In this document: positions 18,063 through 27,847 of the stretch, one piece after another
How positions within the stretch are numbered: the stretch's first letter is position 1
How the letters are laid out: each line of letters starts with the position of its first letter
Made by a program: the position numbers and the translations under genes
The notes under the pieces: generated by a model
What the model saw: only the letters and a program-made list of their open reading frames with translations
Told to the model about the DNA's origin: nothing
The model's database searches: none
Source of the DNA: a virus
Direction: 5' to 3' (one strand)
Virus record (IMG/VR): IMGVR_UViG_3300006737_000029
Span: 1-64,000 of that record
Length of the DNA stretch: 64,000 bases

Positions 18063-18342
18063 CTTTTAGTCTTTCAAATATTAAACGTTCATTATTATTA
18101 TTTACTAATTTTTCAAAGTGATTTAACCTAAATCTCCAGTTGTACTTGATCTCATCAAATCCAATACCCTTCATAAAGTCTATTCTCTTGGTTCCACCAA
18201 AAGATTTAATCATTAGTAAATCCAGGACATGTGTCCTATTGTGATTTTTATATAATTCTAAACCCATAAAAAAATCCTCCGGGTTGGAGGATCTCATCAT
18301 TTCTATAAGCTTATCATATACTTCTACATTTAGCTCGGCCAT
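18046..18342 (-). CDS. small helical protein sharing a motif with the BRCT-like proteins
   Basis: LNVEVYDKLIEMMRSSNPEDFFMGL. Confidence 0.65.
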   Translation of the reverse strand: MAELNVEVYDKLIEMMRSSNPEDFFMGLELYKNHNRTHVLDLLMIKSFGGTKRIDFMKGIGFDEIKYNWRFRLNHFEKLVNNNNERLIFERLKDEYNY

Positions 18343-18357
18343 ATTACTATTATATTA

Positions 18358-18747
18358 TCATTCATCTTTTAATTTATTTAACTGTTCTTCAATTTCAATC
18401 CAGACCCCTGGATTTTCTTTATCATATTCATATGTTTCAAACTTTGGTATTATAAATTCACAGTTATCATCTTCAATCCAATCATGTTTAACCATATCAT
18501 CTTGTACAGTTTGACATGGATTAATGTAATCAAACTTATGGCGGCTACCCCTAACAAACTTAAAGGTTATAGTAAGAGGGAATTCATACTTAGCAATCTC
18601 ATATTTAAACTGAGGTGCTATTCTTATATAATCTCCTTTAGTGTCTGTTCTATACTTCATAACAGTTTTACTTGCTATAAAGTATTTTCCTGTCCACCTT
18701 CTACTATTCTTTGAGCTTGGTACATTACCCGGTATCCACCATTTCAT
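18358..18747 (-). CDS. RusA-like Holliday junction resolvase
   Basis: VPSSKN, FDYIN....VQD.M....WIEDDN, NPGV. Confidence 0.75.
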   Translation of the reverse strand: MKWWIPGNVPSSKNSRRWTGKYFIASKTVMKYRTDTKGDYIRIAPQFKYEIAKYEFPLTITFKFVRGSRHKFDYINPCQTVQDDMVKHDWIEDDNCEFIIPKFETYEYDKENPGVWIEIEEQLNKLKDE

Positions 18748-19718
18748 ATGCTTGATTTTATTAAGTTAAACAACTTAGGCTTAACTGCTTCGGCCCCATA
18801 CTTTTTAACTGCATCTGATATATCTTTTTCAGATTTAATATATATACCATCTATATTATATACACGTTTGTATGTCTCCATTGCAGTGTGACCTGCTTCA
18901 TCATTATCAAACAAAGATAATACTTTTTTATAATTCTGCTTAAGATTATGAATGATATGTGGCTTGATGATAGTGTTCTCACTATGTGGAGCTATAAACT
19001 CTAGATTAAAACCAAAAGAACTAAGACACATTCCATCCTTAAGAGATGACACTATGACTAAGTAATCTTTCTTATAAGTTAATTGGTCAAGTCCTTGAAG
19101 ATGTTCTAACACTTTGGTAAATTTATTTTTCTTGCTATGAGGTTGATATATCTTATAGCATTTACTTGACGTGTCAAAGTATCCATAGATCCCTTGCTTT
19201 TGTATCTTGATTTTTTCAATACCTGATTCAGAATCTTTTACCATAGTAAAATAATCTAATGGTAGTACTAAATGTTTAGCTAACATTGATGCACCTATAT
19301 TAAACTGTAACCAAAACTCTGCGTCTTGATCATTCCAGTCTCTTGTTATTGTAGCATCTAATTTAAATTTTGGAGCAGGTACAAATTCTTCTGAATCAAA
19401 TATACCACCATCCATTACCCATTTATTATAGTCTTCAACTATTCTAAACAAAGCCTTGGAATAATTCAGGTCAAATAATTCTTGTACTAGATCAACTTTA
19501 CTTCCTTGTTTACCTGTAGAAAAATCTTTAAACTTATATTCATTCTTATATGGACATAAATAGATACACATACTTGGAGTACGTTCATTAGGATTAAACA
19601 CAGACTTAATCTTTAAATCCTGACCGGCTAACCTTTCAGGTAAAGTTAAGTAGTATTCAAATACCCATGCACTATTCACATCATTTTTATTATCAGCAAA
19701 TCCTTTTGTAGTAAACAT
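18744..19718 (-). CDS. DNA primase (TOPRIM)
   Basis: SVFNPNERTPS, FKDFSTG, SSLKD, LFDNDEAG, KDISD. Confidence 0.82.
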   Translation of the reverse strand: MFTTKGFADNKNDVNSAWVFEYYLTLPERLAGQDLKIKSVFNPNERTPSMCIYLCPYKNEYKFKDFSTGKQGSKVDLVQELFDLNYSKALFRIVEDYNKWVMDGGIFDSEEFVPAPKFKLDATITRDWNDQDAEFWLQFNIGASMLAKHLVLPLDYFTMVKDSESGIEKIKIQKQGIYGYFDTSSKCYKIYQPHSKKNKFTKVLEHLQGLDQLTYKKDYLVIVSSLKDGMCLSSFGFNLEFIAPHSENTIIKPHIIHNLKQNYKKVLSLFDNDEAGHTAMETYKRVYNIDGIYIKSEKDISDAVKKYGAEAVKPKLFNLIKSSI

Positions 19719-19811
19719 AGTATTAATATTAAAAAGTTAGGGGGCTGTGATCACAAATAGATCCCCATTTAATTTTCCTCTGATGGAAAAACCCCTTACT
19801 TTTATTGTTTA

Positions 19812-20501
19812 TTAAAGATCAAAGTCAGATCCTGCAGAACCATTCATAGCTGGTTCAAAGTTACTATTAGATGATGGAGCAGATCCTCCGTCTTTCTTAA
19901 CTAACTTACGTACATGAACTTTCTCATCAAAAGAAATTAATCTACTGTTGTTAATCTCAACATCAGTTGACTCAGCAGGGATACCATCCTTTGATAACTT
20001 AGGTAAATATAAATCATTGTTTATATAACCTTCTTTGTTCTCCCATTCTCTTGATCCTAAGCATACATTAAAGAATGTACCTGAGAATAATTTGCTTGCT
20101 GCAGATACAAAGTCCTCAATTGTTTGAGCTTCTACTGCATCTAGTTCACTTCTCTTGTTCATTACTTCACTTAAGAAAATCATAGACTTAAGAACTTCTT
20201 GATCTCTATCAATCTCTCTACCACTTGGTAAAGTTGTAGACTTATATGGATAAGGAGTCATTCTAACTCTACCAATTTGTCCTTCATATCTACCTGCAGA
20301 CTCATTATCTTTATCTCTAAAGAATCCTTCAAAGTCTCCACTAACTGGTTCAGTTTCTACATGTAGCATTACATTGTATGCTTCAGAGTCATAAGGAGTT
20401 TGCTCAAATGTTATTGAGTTTATTCTTACTACGTTATTTCCTGGTCCCATTAAAGGTCTTACTTTACCGGCACCTACTTGCATGTCTTTTGTATTTAACA
20501 T
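19812..20501 (-). CDS. putative single-stranded DNA-binding protein
   Basis: Lies between primase and an AAA_24 ATPase; beta-rich core, flexible acidic tail ending SDFDL. Confidence 0.6.
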   Translation of the reverse strand: MLNTKDMQVGAGKVRPLMGPGNNVVRINSITFEQTPYDSEAYNVMLHVETEPVSGDFEGFFRDKDNESAGRYEGQIGRVRMTPYPYKSTTLPSGREIDRDQEVLKSMIFLSEVMNKRSELDAVEAQTIEDFVSAASKLFSGTFFNVCLGSREWENKEGYINNDLYLPKLSKDGIPAESTDVEINNSRLISFDEKVHVRKLVKKDGGSAPSSNSNFEPAMNGSAGSDFDL

Positions 20502-20525
20502 CTTTTCTTTTTTTAAAATTAATAA

Positions 20526-21206
20526 TTATTTTTCATACTCTGCTATACAGTCTTTAACTAACTGTAGATCATTTTCTATAAAGGAATCTTTAAACATTCC
20601 CATTGGAGATTTACATGTGTTCTCTCCATTATTTACGGTATCAAATCCATACTCTAAACCATCTTCATCTTTCTTAACACGGCCAAATAGAACTATAGAA
20701 AATAAACCTTCTAACGTTAAGGTGTTGTCAATCATCTTACCAATTGTTTTAGCCTTAACTTTTCTGTGTCCATTAACATCTGTTGAATCCTCTGAGTGAG
20801 TTAAGAAAAAGATAGTTAAGTCATCTCTCATATCTTTAGGCATCTTAGCAACCTGTGCTAAGTTAGCTGCAATCTGAGTAAACTTATCATAACCTTTCTC
20901 ATTGGCTCTGTCAAAGTATTCAAAGCTGGACATATACTGCCAGTCATCAACAACTAATGTCTTGATGTTAGGCATTTTATCATTAACATGATTCATTGCT
21001 TTAATAATACCAGCCGCTGAAGATGCTGAAGTCATATTACCTTTTGGATTATCTTTAGAAATGTTTTTGTAATTTCCTTTCCAACCTTTAAACGGTAGTG
21101 GTTTATTAGCAATGTTAATAATGAAAGTCTCTTTTGGATCTAATTTTCTGATTGAGGTAGACTTTCCTGTACCTGAATCTGCAATAACTAATACGCTTTG
21201 TGCCAT
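20526..21206 (-). CDS. AAA_24/Sak4-like ATPase
   Basis: ADSGTGKS, LVVDD, FLTHSE, EGLFSIV, KSPMGMF. Confidence 0.8.
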   Translation of the reverse strand: MAQSVLVIADSGTGKSTSIRKLDPKETFIINIANKPLPFKGWKGNYKNISKDNPKGNMTSASSAAGIIKAMNHVNDKMPNIKTLVVDDWQYMSSFEYFDRANEKGYDKFTQIAANLAQVAKMPKDMRDDLTIFFLTHSEDSTDVNGHRKVKAKTIGKMIDNTLTLEGLFSIVLFGRVKKDEDGLEYGFDTVNNGENTCKSPMGMFKDSFIENDLQLVKDCIAEYEK

Positions 21207-21716
21207 TTATTTACTTAATTTTTGGTTAATACTTAATAGTGCTTTTTCTATTCCTTTTAATACATCTACAATGTCTCTCTCTGACTCAGGATTTTTTATA
21301 TTAATATCCCGTGTTGTTAAGTTAGTCACTGCTTCTTCTAATGTTTCTTCCTTATTAGATCTAGAATTTATATCATTGATTACTTTTAATTCACCAATAG
21401 GAATGATATGTCTTTCATGTCCTGACTTTGATGTAACTAATTCATACTCTTCAGCCCAATGAGGATTGTGTTTTAATAAATACAATGTTCTCTTTAGATC
21501 TTCAGACTCATAAGCAATGCTTACAAATTCAGTATATATATCTTCCCCCTTTTGTAATTCACTAGGGAAAAATGATACATGCTTTTCATCCTTACCAGGT
21601 GGCCTGTATGCCATCTTAGGAATATATAATGGATGTTGTAACTTCTTACCTTCAAAATAAGGCTTATGTTCTTCATACAACTCCAATACTTTTTTCTTTC
21701 TTTCAGCTGGTGTCAT
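21207..21716 (-). CDS. hypothetical protein
   Basis: 169-aa ORF in the replication operon. Confidence 0.7.
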   Translation of the reverse strand: MTPAERKKKVLELYEEHKPYFEGKKLQHPLYIPKMAYRPPGKDEKHVSFFPSELQKGEDIYTEFVSIAYESEDLKRTLYLLKHNPHWAEEYELVTSKSGHERHIIPIGELKVINDINSRSNKEETLEEAVTNLTTRDINIKNPESERDIVDVLKGIEKALLSINQKLSK

Positions 21717-21731
21717 TTAATTAATTTTTAT

Positions 21732-22691
21732 TTATACTTGTCTACGTGGAGCTTGAGCTGGTGTGTCCATCTCTAAGATTTCCATTCTTTCAAATGCTGC
21801 TTTGAAGAATGACATACGTGCATCACCATTCCTTGCCTTAAGGAAATGTAATACTAAAGTTTTGTCATCATCAATAACATATCTATCTGGTCCATAATAT
21901 TTAATCTTCTGCTTAGCTGGCCGGTTAATACCTATTAAAGTATCAGCATGCTGTAGCATTGCATCAGATCCAAATATGTCTGACTCAAGAATATAGTTAC
22001 CATACTTACCATCAACGGCCCTATCTGGGTTATCAATGTTTCTATTAAGCTGAGACAGTGCTATAAATAAACACGGATATTCACGCTTAACTTGTGTAAA
22101 GAATTCACCTAATTCAAATAACATATCTAATCTATTGTTCTGATAAGGTGCTCTCTTAACTAGTATAGTATGGTCCAAAGTTATTATAGTCTTCTGTCCT
22201 TTATGTTCATTCATATACATGTCAACCTGCTCACGCATTTGATTAACAGTCATAGGTACTGATACTATATCTACAGGAAACTTAACTCTATCCTTAGCAT
22301 ATAGATGACATCTATTAAATGTTTCAGAATCTAATGTACTACCTGCACTACACAATTGTTTATATGTTTGACCAGTAAGTGATGAGAACTCTCTAATTGC
22401 TGAGGTTCTACCTACCATTTCAAACTGAAACTCTAATACTCTGAACTCATCCTCTGGATTAAGTATAAATGATTCTCTAATGATCTGATCTTTTATTAAT
22501 GTCTTACCTGAACCAGGTCTTCCACCAATAACAGTGAGTGTATTCCACTCTAATCCATCTGTTACAGCATCATTGAACTTAGGCCACGGTGTATATATGG
22601 ATTTCTCCTTGCCTGATTGTCTATCAAGCATATATCTAAGTGCTTCTTGGAAGGCGGTATGTTGGCCATTCCACATTGGTTTATTACTCAT
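21732..22691 (-). CDS. dnaB: DnaB-like replicative helicase
   Basis: GGRPGSGKT, FEM, LDH, LSQLNR, KARNG. Confidence 0.9.
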   Translation of the reverse strand: MSNKPMWNGQHTAFQEALRYMLDRQSGKEKSIYTPWPKFNDAVTDGLEWNTLTVIGGRPGSGKTLIKDQIIRESFILNPEDEFRVLEFQFEMVGRTSAIREFSSLTGQTYKQLCSAGSTLDSETFNRCHLYAKDRVKFPVDIVSVPMTVNQMREQVDMYMNEHKGQKTIITLDHTILVKRAPYQNNRLDMLFELGEFFTQVKREYPCLFIALSQLNRNIDNPDRAVDGKYGNYILESDIFGSDAMLQHADTLIGINRPAKQKIKYYGPDRYVIDDDKTLVLHFLKARNGDARMSFFKAAFERMEILEMDTPAQAPRRQV

Positions 22692-23287
22692 ACAACGTTT
22701 TCACTAAAATGATTATTATCTTCTTCCTCTACTCCATCTCTGATCATATCACAATAGTCTGCAAGTTGTGATTGTTTAACCTTACTTTGATCTGCTTTGG
22801 ATATAAAGTATTGACTAGTCTGCATATAAAGATAATCTTTCTGTGCATACTCATTAACATATCTTCTTGTAGCATCAATAACTTCGTCCCATGTGTAGTC
22901 ATAGTTCTCAAAGAACCATCTAAAATTATTTATTAATGTCTTCACATTAACTCTGGCCGGTTTACCATGTGGTAATTTACCTGCAGGAAATAGTTCTCTA
23001 TACTCCTCAACCTTTTCTGTATACTCTTTACCCATTAGATGGATATTAGTTTTCTTTTTAGCTTTAGTAAAGTAAGCATCATATTTTACTATGATGTCTC
23101 TACCTTTCTTAGTAATGTCAACAGATTTACCTTGTTCATAATTAACAAACTTCTGTTCAACTAACCCTCTTATTTCTAGATGAGGGTTAATTGTTTCAAT
23201 ACTAGTACCATTATCAACTGCATAAAGAAGCAACAGCTGATTTGGTGTTAGCTTGTCTATTAACATTTCCTGTAGTAGTTCCCACAT
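22688..23287 (-). CDS. putative replication initiator/helicase loader (wHTH)
   Basis: N-terminal wHTH-like L...LV....V.....ITKKG; directly upstream of dnaB. Confidence 0.5.
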   Translation of the reverse strand: MWELLQEMLIDKLTPNQLLLLYAVDNGTSIETINPHLEIRGLVEQKFVNYEQGKSVDITKKGRDIIVKYDAYFTKAKKKTNIHLMGKEYTEKVEEYRELFPAGKLPHGKPARVNVKTLINNFRWFFENYDYTWDEVIDATRRYVNEYAQKDYLYMQTSQYFISKADQSKVKQSQLADYCDMIRDGVEEEDNNHFSENVV

Positions 23288-23732
23288 ATTCTTTTATATA
23301 TTTTTTAAAGTGATTAAACATTGAGTTGAATTGTGAATCATTAATTTCTATGTAGTTTTCTATAGTTTTTATACTATGAATAACTGTAGCATGATTCTGT
23401 ATTAAGAACCTACCTATACCTATCTTACTGTATCCATACTTGTAAGCAACATAAGAGAATAACTGTTTCCAAGCTACTATTTCTTTTGTCTTTCTTTTAA
23501 CTCCTTGTAATGTTTTAAATTGTATTAATTCATCACAGTGAGTATGCATTGCAGGAATAAATAATAGTTCAATGTCTTTAAGAGTAAGTCTCTCAGTATC
23601 ATTTACATAAGATATTGTACTTTTAATTCCTCCAACTTGAATGTTGACAGGGTACTGATGTTTAGATTCAAATGTTTCTATAAAGTTGGCTACATCTTTA
23701 GCCATCTCTGGTGTCAAAATACTATTGTCCAT
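23214..23732 (-). CDS. DnaA domain IV-like HTH protein
   Basis: IGRFL..NHATVIHS matches the DnaA C-terminal HTH signature. Confidence 0.7.
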   Translation of the reverse strand: MDNSILTPEMAKDVANFIETFESKHQYPVNIQVGGIKSTISYVNDTERLTLKDIELLFIPAMHTHCDELIQFKTLQGVKRKTKEIVAWKQLFSYVAYKYGYSKIGIGRFLIQNHATVIHSIKTIENYIEINDSQFNSMFNHFKKYIKEYVGTTTGNVNRQANTKSAVASLCS

Positions 23733-23751
23733 ATTGGTTTTTTTGGGTTAG

Positions 23752-23801
23752 CAAATATACAAAATTAATTGTATTTTATTTAGATTTTTTTCCTATATTT
23801 G
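23752..23801. promoter_or_regulatory. divergent pair of Bacteroidota -7 elements
   Basis: TATATTTG on - at 23752-23759 and on + at 23794-23801, between divergent genes. Confidence 0.7.
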
Positions 23802-23820
23802 TACCATAAAATAATATATT

Positions 23821-24339
23821 ATGAGTGACGAACAAGAATTAAAATCCTTTAAAAATAAGGTAAAAGAGATGATTGAACTTAGTGAACAATTACCTCAAGA
23901 TGTTTTCTCAGCAGTACCTGATGAAGACACTGTTGATATTAAAATTTCAGGTGCATTTAGTAGAGCAGTTGGTAAAGCGTTAGAGTATATACTAACTTCA
24001 ATTGATCCACTAGAAGCAACAAGAGCATTAGAATTTATCAAGGCAGACTACAAAGATGTAGATACTACTCTTGTAAAAGACTATGATGTTGCTATTTGGG
24101 TTCTATTGAATATCCAAAATGAATTTAATGCACAAGCGGGCCTTCAAAAGAAGACTAGAATATATGACAGAGAAGCCTTTATGGGTGCTTTAATGTCTAA
24201 AGATCCAGATCAAATCAATCCATTAACGGATGATGAGATAGCTGAGCGTGTTATAGCAAATCAAAAAGAGATTGATGATAAGCTAAAAGCAGAAAAGAAG
24301 AAGAAGAAAAAAACCACTAAGAAAAAGAAGAAAGACTAA
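23821..24339 (+). CDS. hypothetical protein with poly-Lys tail
   Basis: Only substantial + strand gene in the - block; has its own promoter; ends EKKKKKKTTKKKKKD. Confidence 0.75.
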   Translation: MSDEQELKSFKNKVKEMIELSEQLPQDVFSAVPDEDTVDIKISGAFSRAVGKALEYILTSIDPLEATRALEFIKADYKDVDTTLVKDYDVAIWVLLNIQNEFNAQAGLQKKTRIYDREAFMGALMSKDPDQINPLTDDEIAERVIANQKEIDDKLKAEKKKKKKTTKKKKKD

Positions 24340-24707
24340 CGTAAGTTAGATCCACAAAAATCTCCTAGTGCAATTGCTGCTTGTATGGCAGCATTCAGTT
24401 CATCTGTATCACAATCTGCAAAAGACTTACATACTTCCCCTATACATAGGCCGGCTTTGTCCTTTATTTCTTCTTTTAAAGGTTCAAAGTCCATGCCTGT
24501 GTCATTAGCTAATTGTCTAATCATTGCATGAATTCTTTTCATTTGTGCATATGTTGCATCCTTACCTTGTACTTCAAGTGTTATGTTAATCTTGGTGCCA
24601 TCAGGTAAAGAATCTAACATTTCATTATACTCCGTTTCTTTTATAGATAGGGAATGTTTCCACTCCCCATCTGTTTTTATTAGTATACTATTAAATAATC
24701 CTTTCAT
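24336..24707 (-). CDS. NinB-like hypothetical protein
   Basis: T.AQ..RIHAMIRQLA..TG...KSFA pattern. Confidence 0.5.
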   Translation of the reverse strand: MKGLFNSILIKTDGEWKHSLSIKETEYNEMLDSLPDGTKINITLEVQGKDATYAQMKRIHAMIRQLANDTGMDFEPLKEEIKDKAGLCIGEVCKSFADCDTDELNAAIQAAIALGDFCGSNLR

Positions 24708-24764
24708 ATTGTTTTTATTATATGAGTTCCAGGTTGTTCATCACCTGGATCACTCATTATTATT

Positions 24765-25055
24765 TTAATAATCATCTCTGTACATGTCAGGATCTGGTTC
24801 ATCATTTTCTATTTCTTCTTTGATAGTTTCTAAAACTTCTTCAAAGTCTATGTCAAAATCTAAGATGCCTAATACATCAACGTTAACCATATTATTATTC
24901 TTGTCAGGTAAAGTCATTAATACCTTTTCTATATTTATAGATAAGTCTGACCCAGGATGATCACGTGTTTCTCTTTCACCTGGTTCATATGTACAATGGA
25001 ATTCTAAATCAGATCCATCCCAGTCTATGTTTGTAATCCAATTATAACTAGGCAT
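24765..25055 (-). CDS. acidic hypothetical protein
   Basis: YEPGERETRDHPG motif, 96 aa. Confidence 0.6.
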   Translation of the reverse strand: MPSYNWITNIDWDGSDLEFHCTYEPGERETRDHPGSDLSINIEKVLMTLPDKNNNMVNVDVLGILDFDIDFEEVLETIKEEIENDEPDPDMYRDDY

Positions 25056-25284
25056 ATCTTAATGTGTTTACATCTACTAATACAAATTTTTGTCCACAAT
25101 CTTGACAATCTACATCATTAGGAGAGTTATATAATAGTTTTGATTTATTACAATTAGGACACGGTACTTGTATGTACGTATCTTTATTTTGTATTGATGC
25201 CGCATAAGCTTGTACATATGCTCTTGGACACCCATCATATTGTTCTTCTTGCATTTGCATGAAGATTTCTTTCATTCTACCCAT
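25048..25284 (-). CDS. zinc-ribbon protein
   Basis: CPNC...CQDCG. Confidence 0.65.
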   Translation of the reverse strand: MGRMKEIFMQMQEEQYDGCPRAYVQAYAASIQNKDTYIQVPCPNCNKSKLLYNSPNDVDCQDCGQKFVLVDVNTLRYA

Positions 25285-26383
25285 AATTTAATTGTTTGTT
25301 AGTTGGTTCAAAATATTTAATTTTATCATCTGAGAATTCAGCTAATGCTTTCTTAACCCATTGTTCATCAACGGTATTCTTATAACATAATATATGACAC
25401 ATTGCTGTCTCATCAGGATTAAGTCTTAGTAATCTACCTATTCTTTGTGCTGATTTCCTTTCATTACCATATGCATGCATAATAACACCGCTACGTAGGC
25501 CAGGAATAGAAACCCCTTCACTAAGCTGAAGGACACATGAAAGTTTATCAATTGTTCCATTACTAAATAGTTCTAAATTCTCATTGCTATTCTTATTCTT
25601 TGAATGATAGCTGTAATCACAGATTCTATCCGCTTGTTTTTGAGTATTTGCAAAGATAATACATTTGTCCTTAATTATCTTAAGTAATTGTTTTGTATAA
25701 TTCTCTTTGGTTGGATACTCCATCATTGCTTTCATTCTCATTATGGCAGCTAATTGCTTTTGCTTACCAAATGGAGACTCTTCAATTCTACCTGAAGTGT
25801 ACTCATAGTCTTTTACTTCAGATGTATACCAGGTACCACCATCCTTTCTTTTCTTAGGAAGGTTATTATAGTTAGAGAGAGGTAACATATGTACAATGAT
25901 CCTATAATCATTAAGAATGTTACTATCTGCTGCCTGATCTACATCAAAGTTATATACTATTGGGCAGTATCTATTTACCATTTCTTCTTTTTCCCCACTC
26001 ACTGGTGGTGTACCGGTTAAACCAAGGATTTTACCTGTGTATGCATCAAGAAAATCTCTATGCCCGGTAAGAAGACTATGACACTCATCTAAGTATACTA
26101 TATCATACTCTGTAGGCTTATGCTTATTAAGAGAAAGATAGGTAGTAAACTTAATATGGTCAAGTAAGTGAGTGCAGTTAAGTTCAGCACACTCAGTACG
26201 CCATGACTCAAATATACTTTTTTTAGGTGCAACCACAAGGAATGAAGAGAAGGCATGATAGTGATTCATCATATGTTGCAATGCAATCCTTGTCTTACCA
26301 ACCCCCATAGATATACCCAGACCACATCTACTATGTTGAGATATAATCTCTAATGCTTTGTCTTGTACTTGGTCTCTACTCAT
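25277..26383 (-). CDS. superfamily 2 helicase
   Basis: MGVGKT, DECH, GLTGTP, LSEGVSIP, QRIGRLLR. Confidence 0.9.
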   Translation of the reverse strand: MSRDQVQDKALEIISQHSRCGLGISMGVGKTRIALQHMMNHYHAFSSFLVVAPKKSIFESWRTECAELNCTHLLDHIKFTTYLSLNKHKPTEYDIVYLDECHSLLTGHRDFLDAYTGKILGLTGTPPVSGEKEEMVNRYCPIVYNFDVDQAADSNILNDYRIIVHMLPLSNYNNLPKKRKDGGTWYTSEVKDYEYTSGRIEESPFGKQKQLAAIMRMKAMMEYPTKENYTKQLLKIIKDKCIIFANTQKQADRICDYSYHSKNKNSNENLELFSNGTIDKLSCVLQLSEGVSIPGLRSGVIMHAYGNERKSAQRIGRLLRLNPDETAMCHILCYKNTVDEQWVKKALAEFSDDKIKYFEPTNKQLNYG

Positions 26384-26625
26384 AACTCATACTTATAATT
26401 AACTTTACCATAATCTGCAGATTTTAAATATCTTATAGTTCCCATGGCATGTACTAATACTTCAATGATATGTTGCTTATCCATCTTCATTAGTTGATGC
26501 GCATCTACACCAGTATACTTATCTACATTATTATAGTCTCTAGCTTGAGCTATCTCTTTATTCAATACCTCTTTGTATTCTATTTGATTTACAAAGGCCT
26601 GTGCTGCATTATCTAATTTGCTCAT
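26380..26625 (-). CDS. hypothetical protein
   Basis: 81-aa ORF in operon. Confidence 0.6.
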   Translation of the reverse strand: MSKLDNAAQAFVNQIEYKEVLNKEIAQARDYNNVDKYTGVDAHQLMKMDKQHIIEVLVHAMGTIRYLKSADYGKVNYKYEL

Positions 26626-26851
26626 ATGTTATATTATTTTTTTTCATTATATATTCTAGTTTCTTTCTTAGTGCACTCTTTGATGCTCTTGTTGATGCCC
26701 ACGGAGAGTTACCTTTAAGTATACTGTCTCCTGTAGTACTATTCCCTTCTATTTTATTAATAGTTGTCATTAGGTTTTTACAAACCTCAATTGTCTTGTC
26801 AGTCATAATATGTTTTTTATTTGTCAGTAAATCCCATCTCTGTTGATTCAA
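26609..26851 (-). CDS. hypothetical protein
   Basis: 80-aa ORF in operon. Confidence 0.55.
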   Translation of the reverse strand: MNQQRWDLLTNKKHIMTDKTIEVCKNLMTTINKIEGNSTTGDSILKGNSPWASTRASKSALRKKLEYIMKKNNITYEQIR

Positions 26852-27233
26852 CAGGATGCTCCTCTATCCACATGTGACAGCTCCTACACACTGATAACCA
26901 AGTAGTTGGGTCATTTAAATATTTCCCTCTACCTTTCTTATGATGTACATCAGTAGATTGTAGGTTACAGTTGTGTAGTGATGCTTGACACAATGGATTC
27001 TTCTCTAAGAATACTCTTCTTAGTTTGGTGTAAATAGTAAGTTGAACAGACATCTTAGAAGAAACTTTCTTTATTGGTTTTGTATTCTTTTTCAACACCG
27101 GTTTAGTTTTGATAGAGTTTACTTTATCCTTTATTCTATGCCAACATGGCTTACAATAACGGTTACCAGAATGATTCTTCCAGATGTACTGTTCAGACTT
27201 ACAGCCTACACACAATTTCTTTTTTGCCTTCAT
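26817..27233 (-). CDS. Zn-finger/HNH endonuclease
   Basis: CVGC...CKPC, then C.....C.....DVHH..GRG.........VCRSCH. Confidence 0.75.
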   Translation of the reverse strand: MKAKKKLCVGCKSEQYIWKNHSGNRYCKPCWHRIKDKVNSIKTKPVLKKNTKPIKKVSSKMSVQLTIYTKLRRVFLEKNPLCQASLHNCNLQSTDVHHKKGRGKYLNDPTTWLSVCRSCHMWIEEHPVESTEMGFTDK

Positions 27234-27724
27234 CTAACTGCTAGATAATTTTGTGGCAAAAGTCCTTCAGATATAAACTTGATGATTAAATCCTCATATG
27301 TTATATCTAATTGTTTCAATGACATTTTGTTAATGAACTTGTCATCAGTATTATTAACATCTTCATTAAGGAAGTGTTTAGCTAAAGGACTATGGTCAAA
27401 TATTTTAAATATTTCATTGGCTCTCTTGTTACATATAACTTGTTTCCAAGAATTTATAACTTGTTGTGAGCGTCTCCATACTCTCTTTATCCTTCTCTTT
27501 TTATCCCAGTGCATTTTTTCTAATTCATCTGCTGTGTAGACATTTAAACCGTGTAGCACTCTTTTAAAAAGGAAGTGTTGTCTTTGTGACAACTGGCTGT
27601 ATACTATTTGTTGTGTAAGATCTTTTGTTAATGTTTGATATTCACTCAGTATACCTAGGTAACTTAATTTATTTACTAATCTCTGTTGGTTCAGCGTAGC
27701 TAGCTGATCTTTGGTTAATTGCAT
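27230..27724 (-). CDS. hypothetical protein
   Basis: 164-aa ORF. Confidence 0.7.
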   Translation of the reverse strand: MQLTKDQLATLNQQRLVNKLSYLGILSEYQTLTKDLTQQIVYSQLSQRQHFLFKRVLHGLNVYTADELEKMHWDKKRRIKRVWRRSQQVINSWKQVICNKRANEIFKIFDHSPLAKHFLNEDVNNTDDKFINKMSLKQLDITYEDLIIKFISEGLLPQNYLAVR

Positions 27725-27760
27725 TTTATTATTTTATTTAAATTATTACTATACTAGATA

Positions 27761-27805
27761 TAAAAAAGAAAGAGAGTAACCAGGTTATGACAACTGATTA
27801 CTCTC
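27761..27805 (-). terminator. intrinsic terminator
   Basis: gagagtaa...ttactctc stem, U-rich tract follows on the - strand. Confidence 0.6.
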
Positions 27806-27847
27806 AATCTATAGTAGCTATGTTATAGGTTAGCTAAGCCTTAGTTC

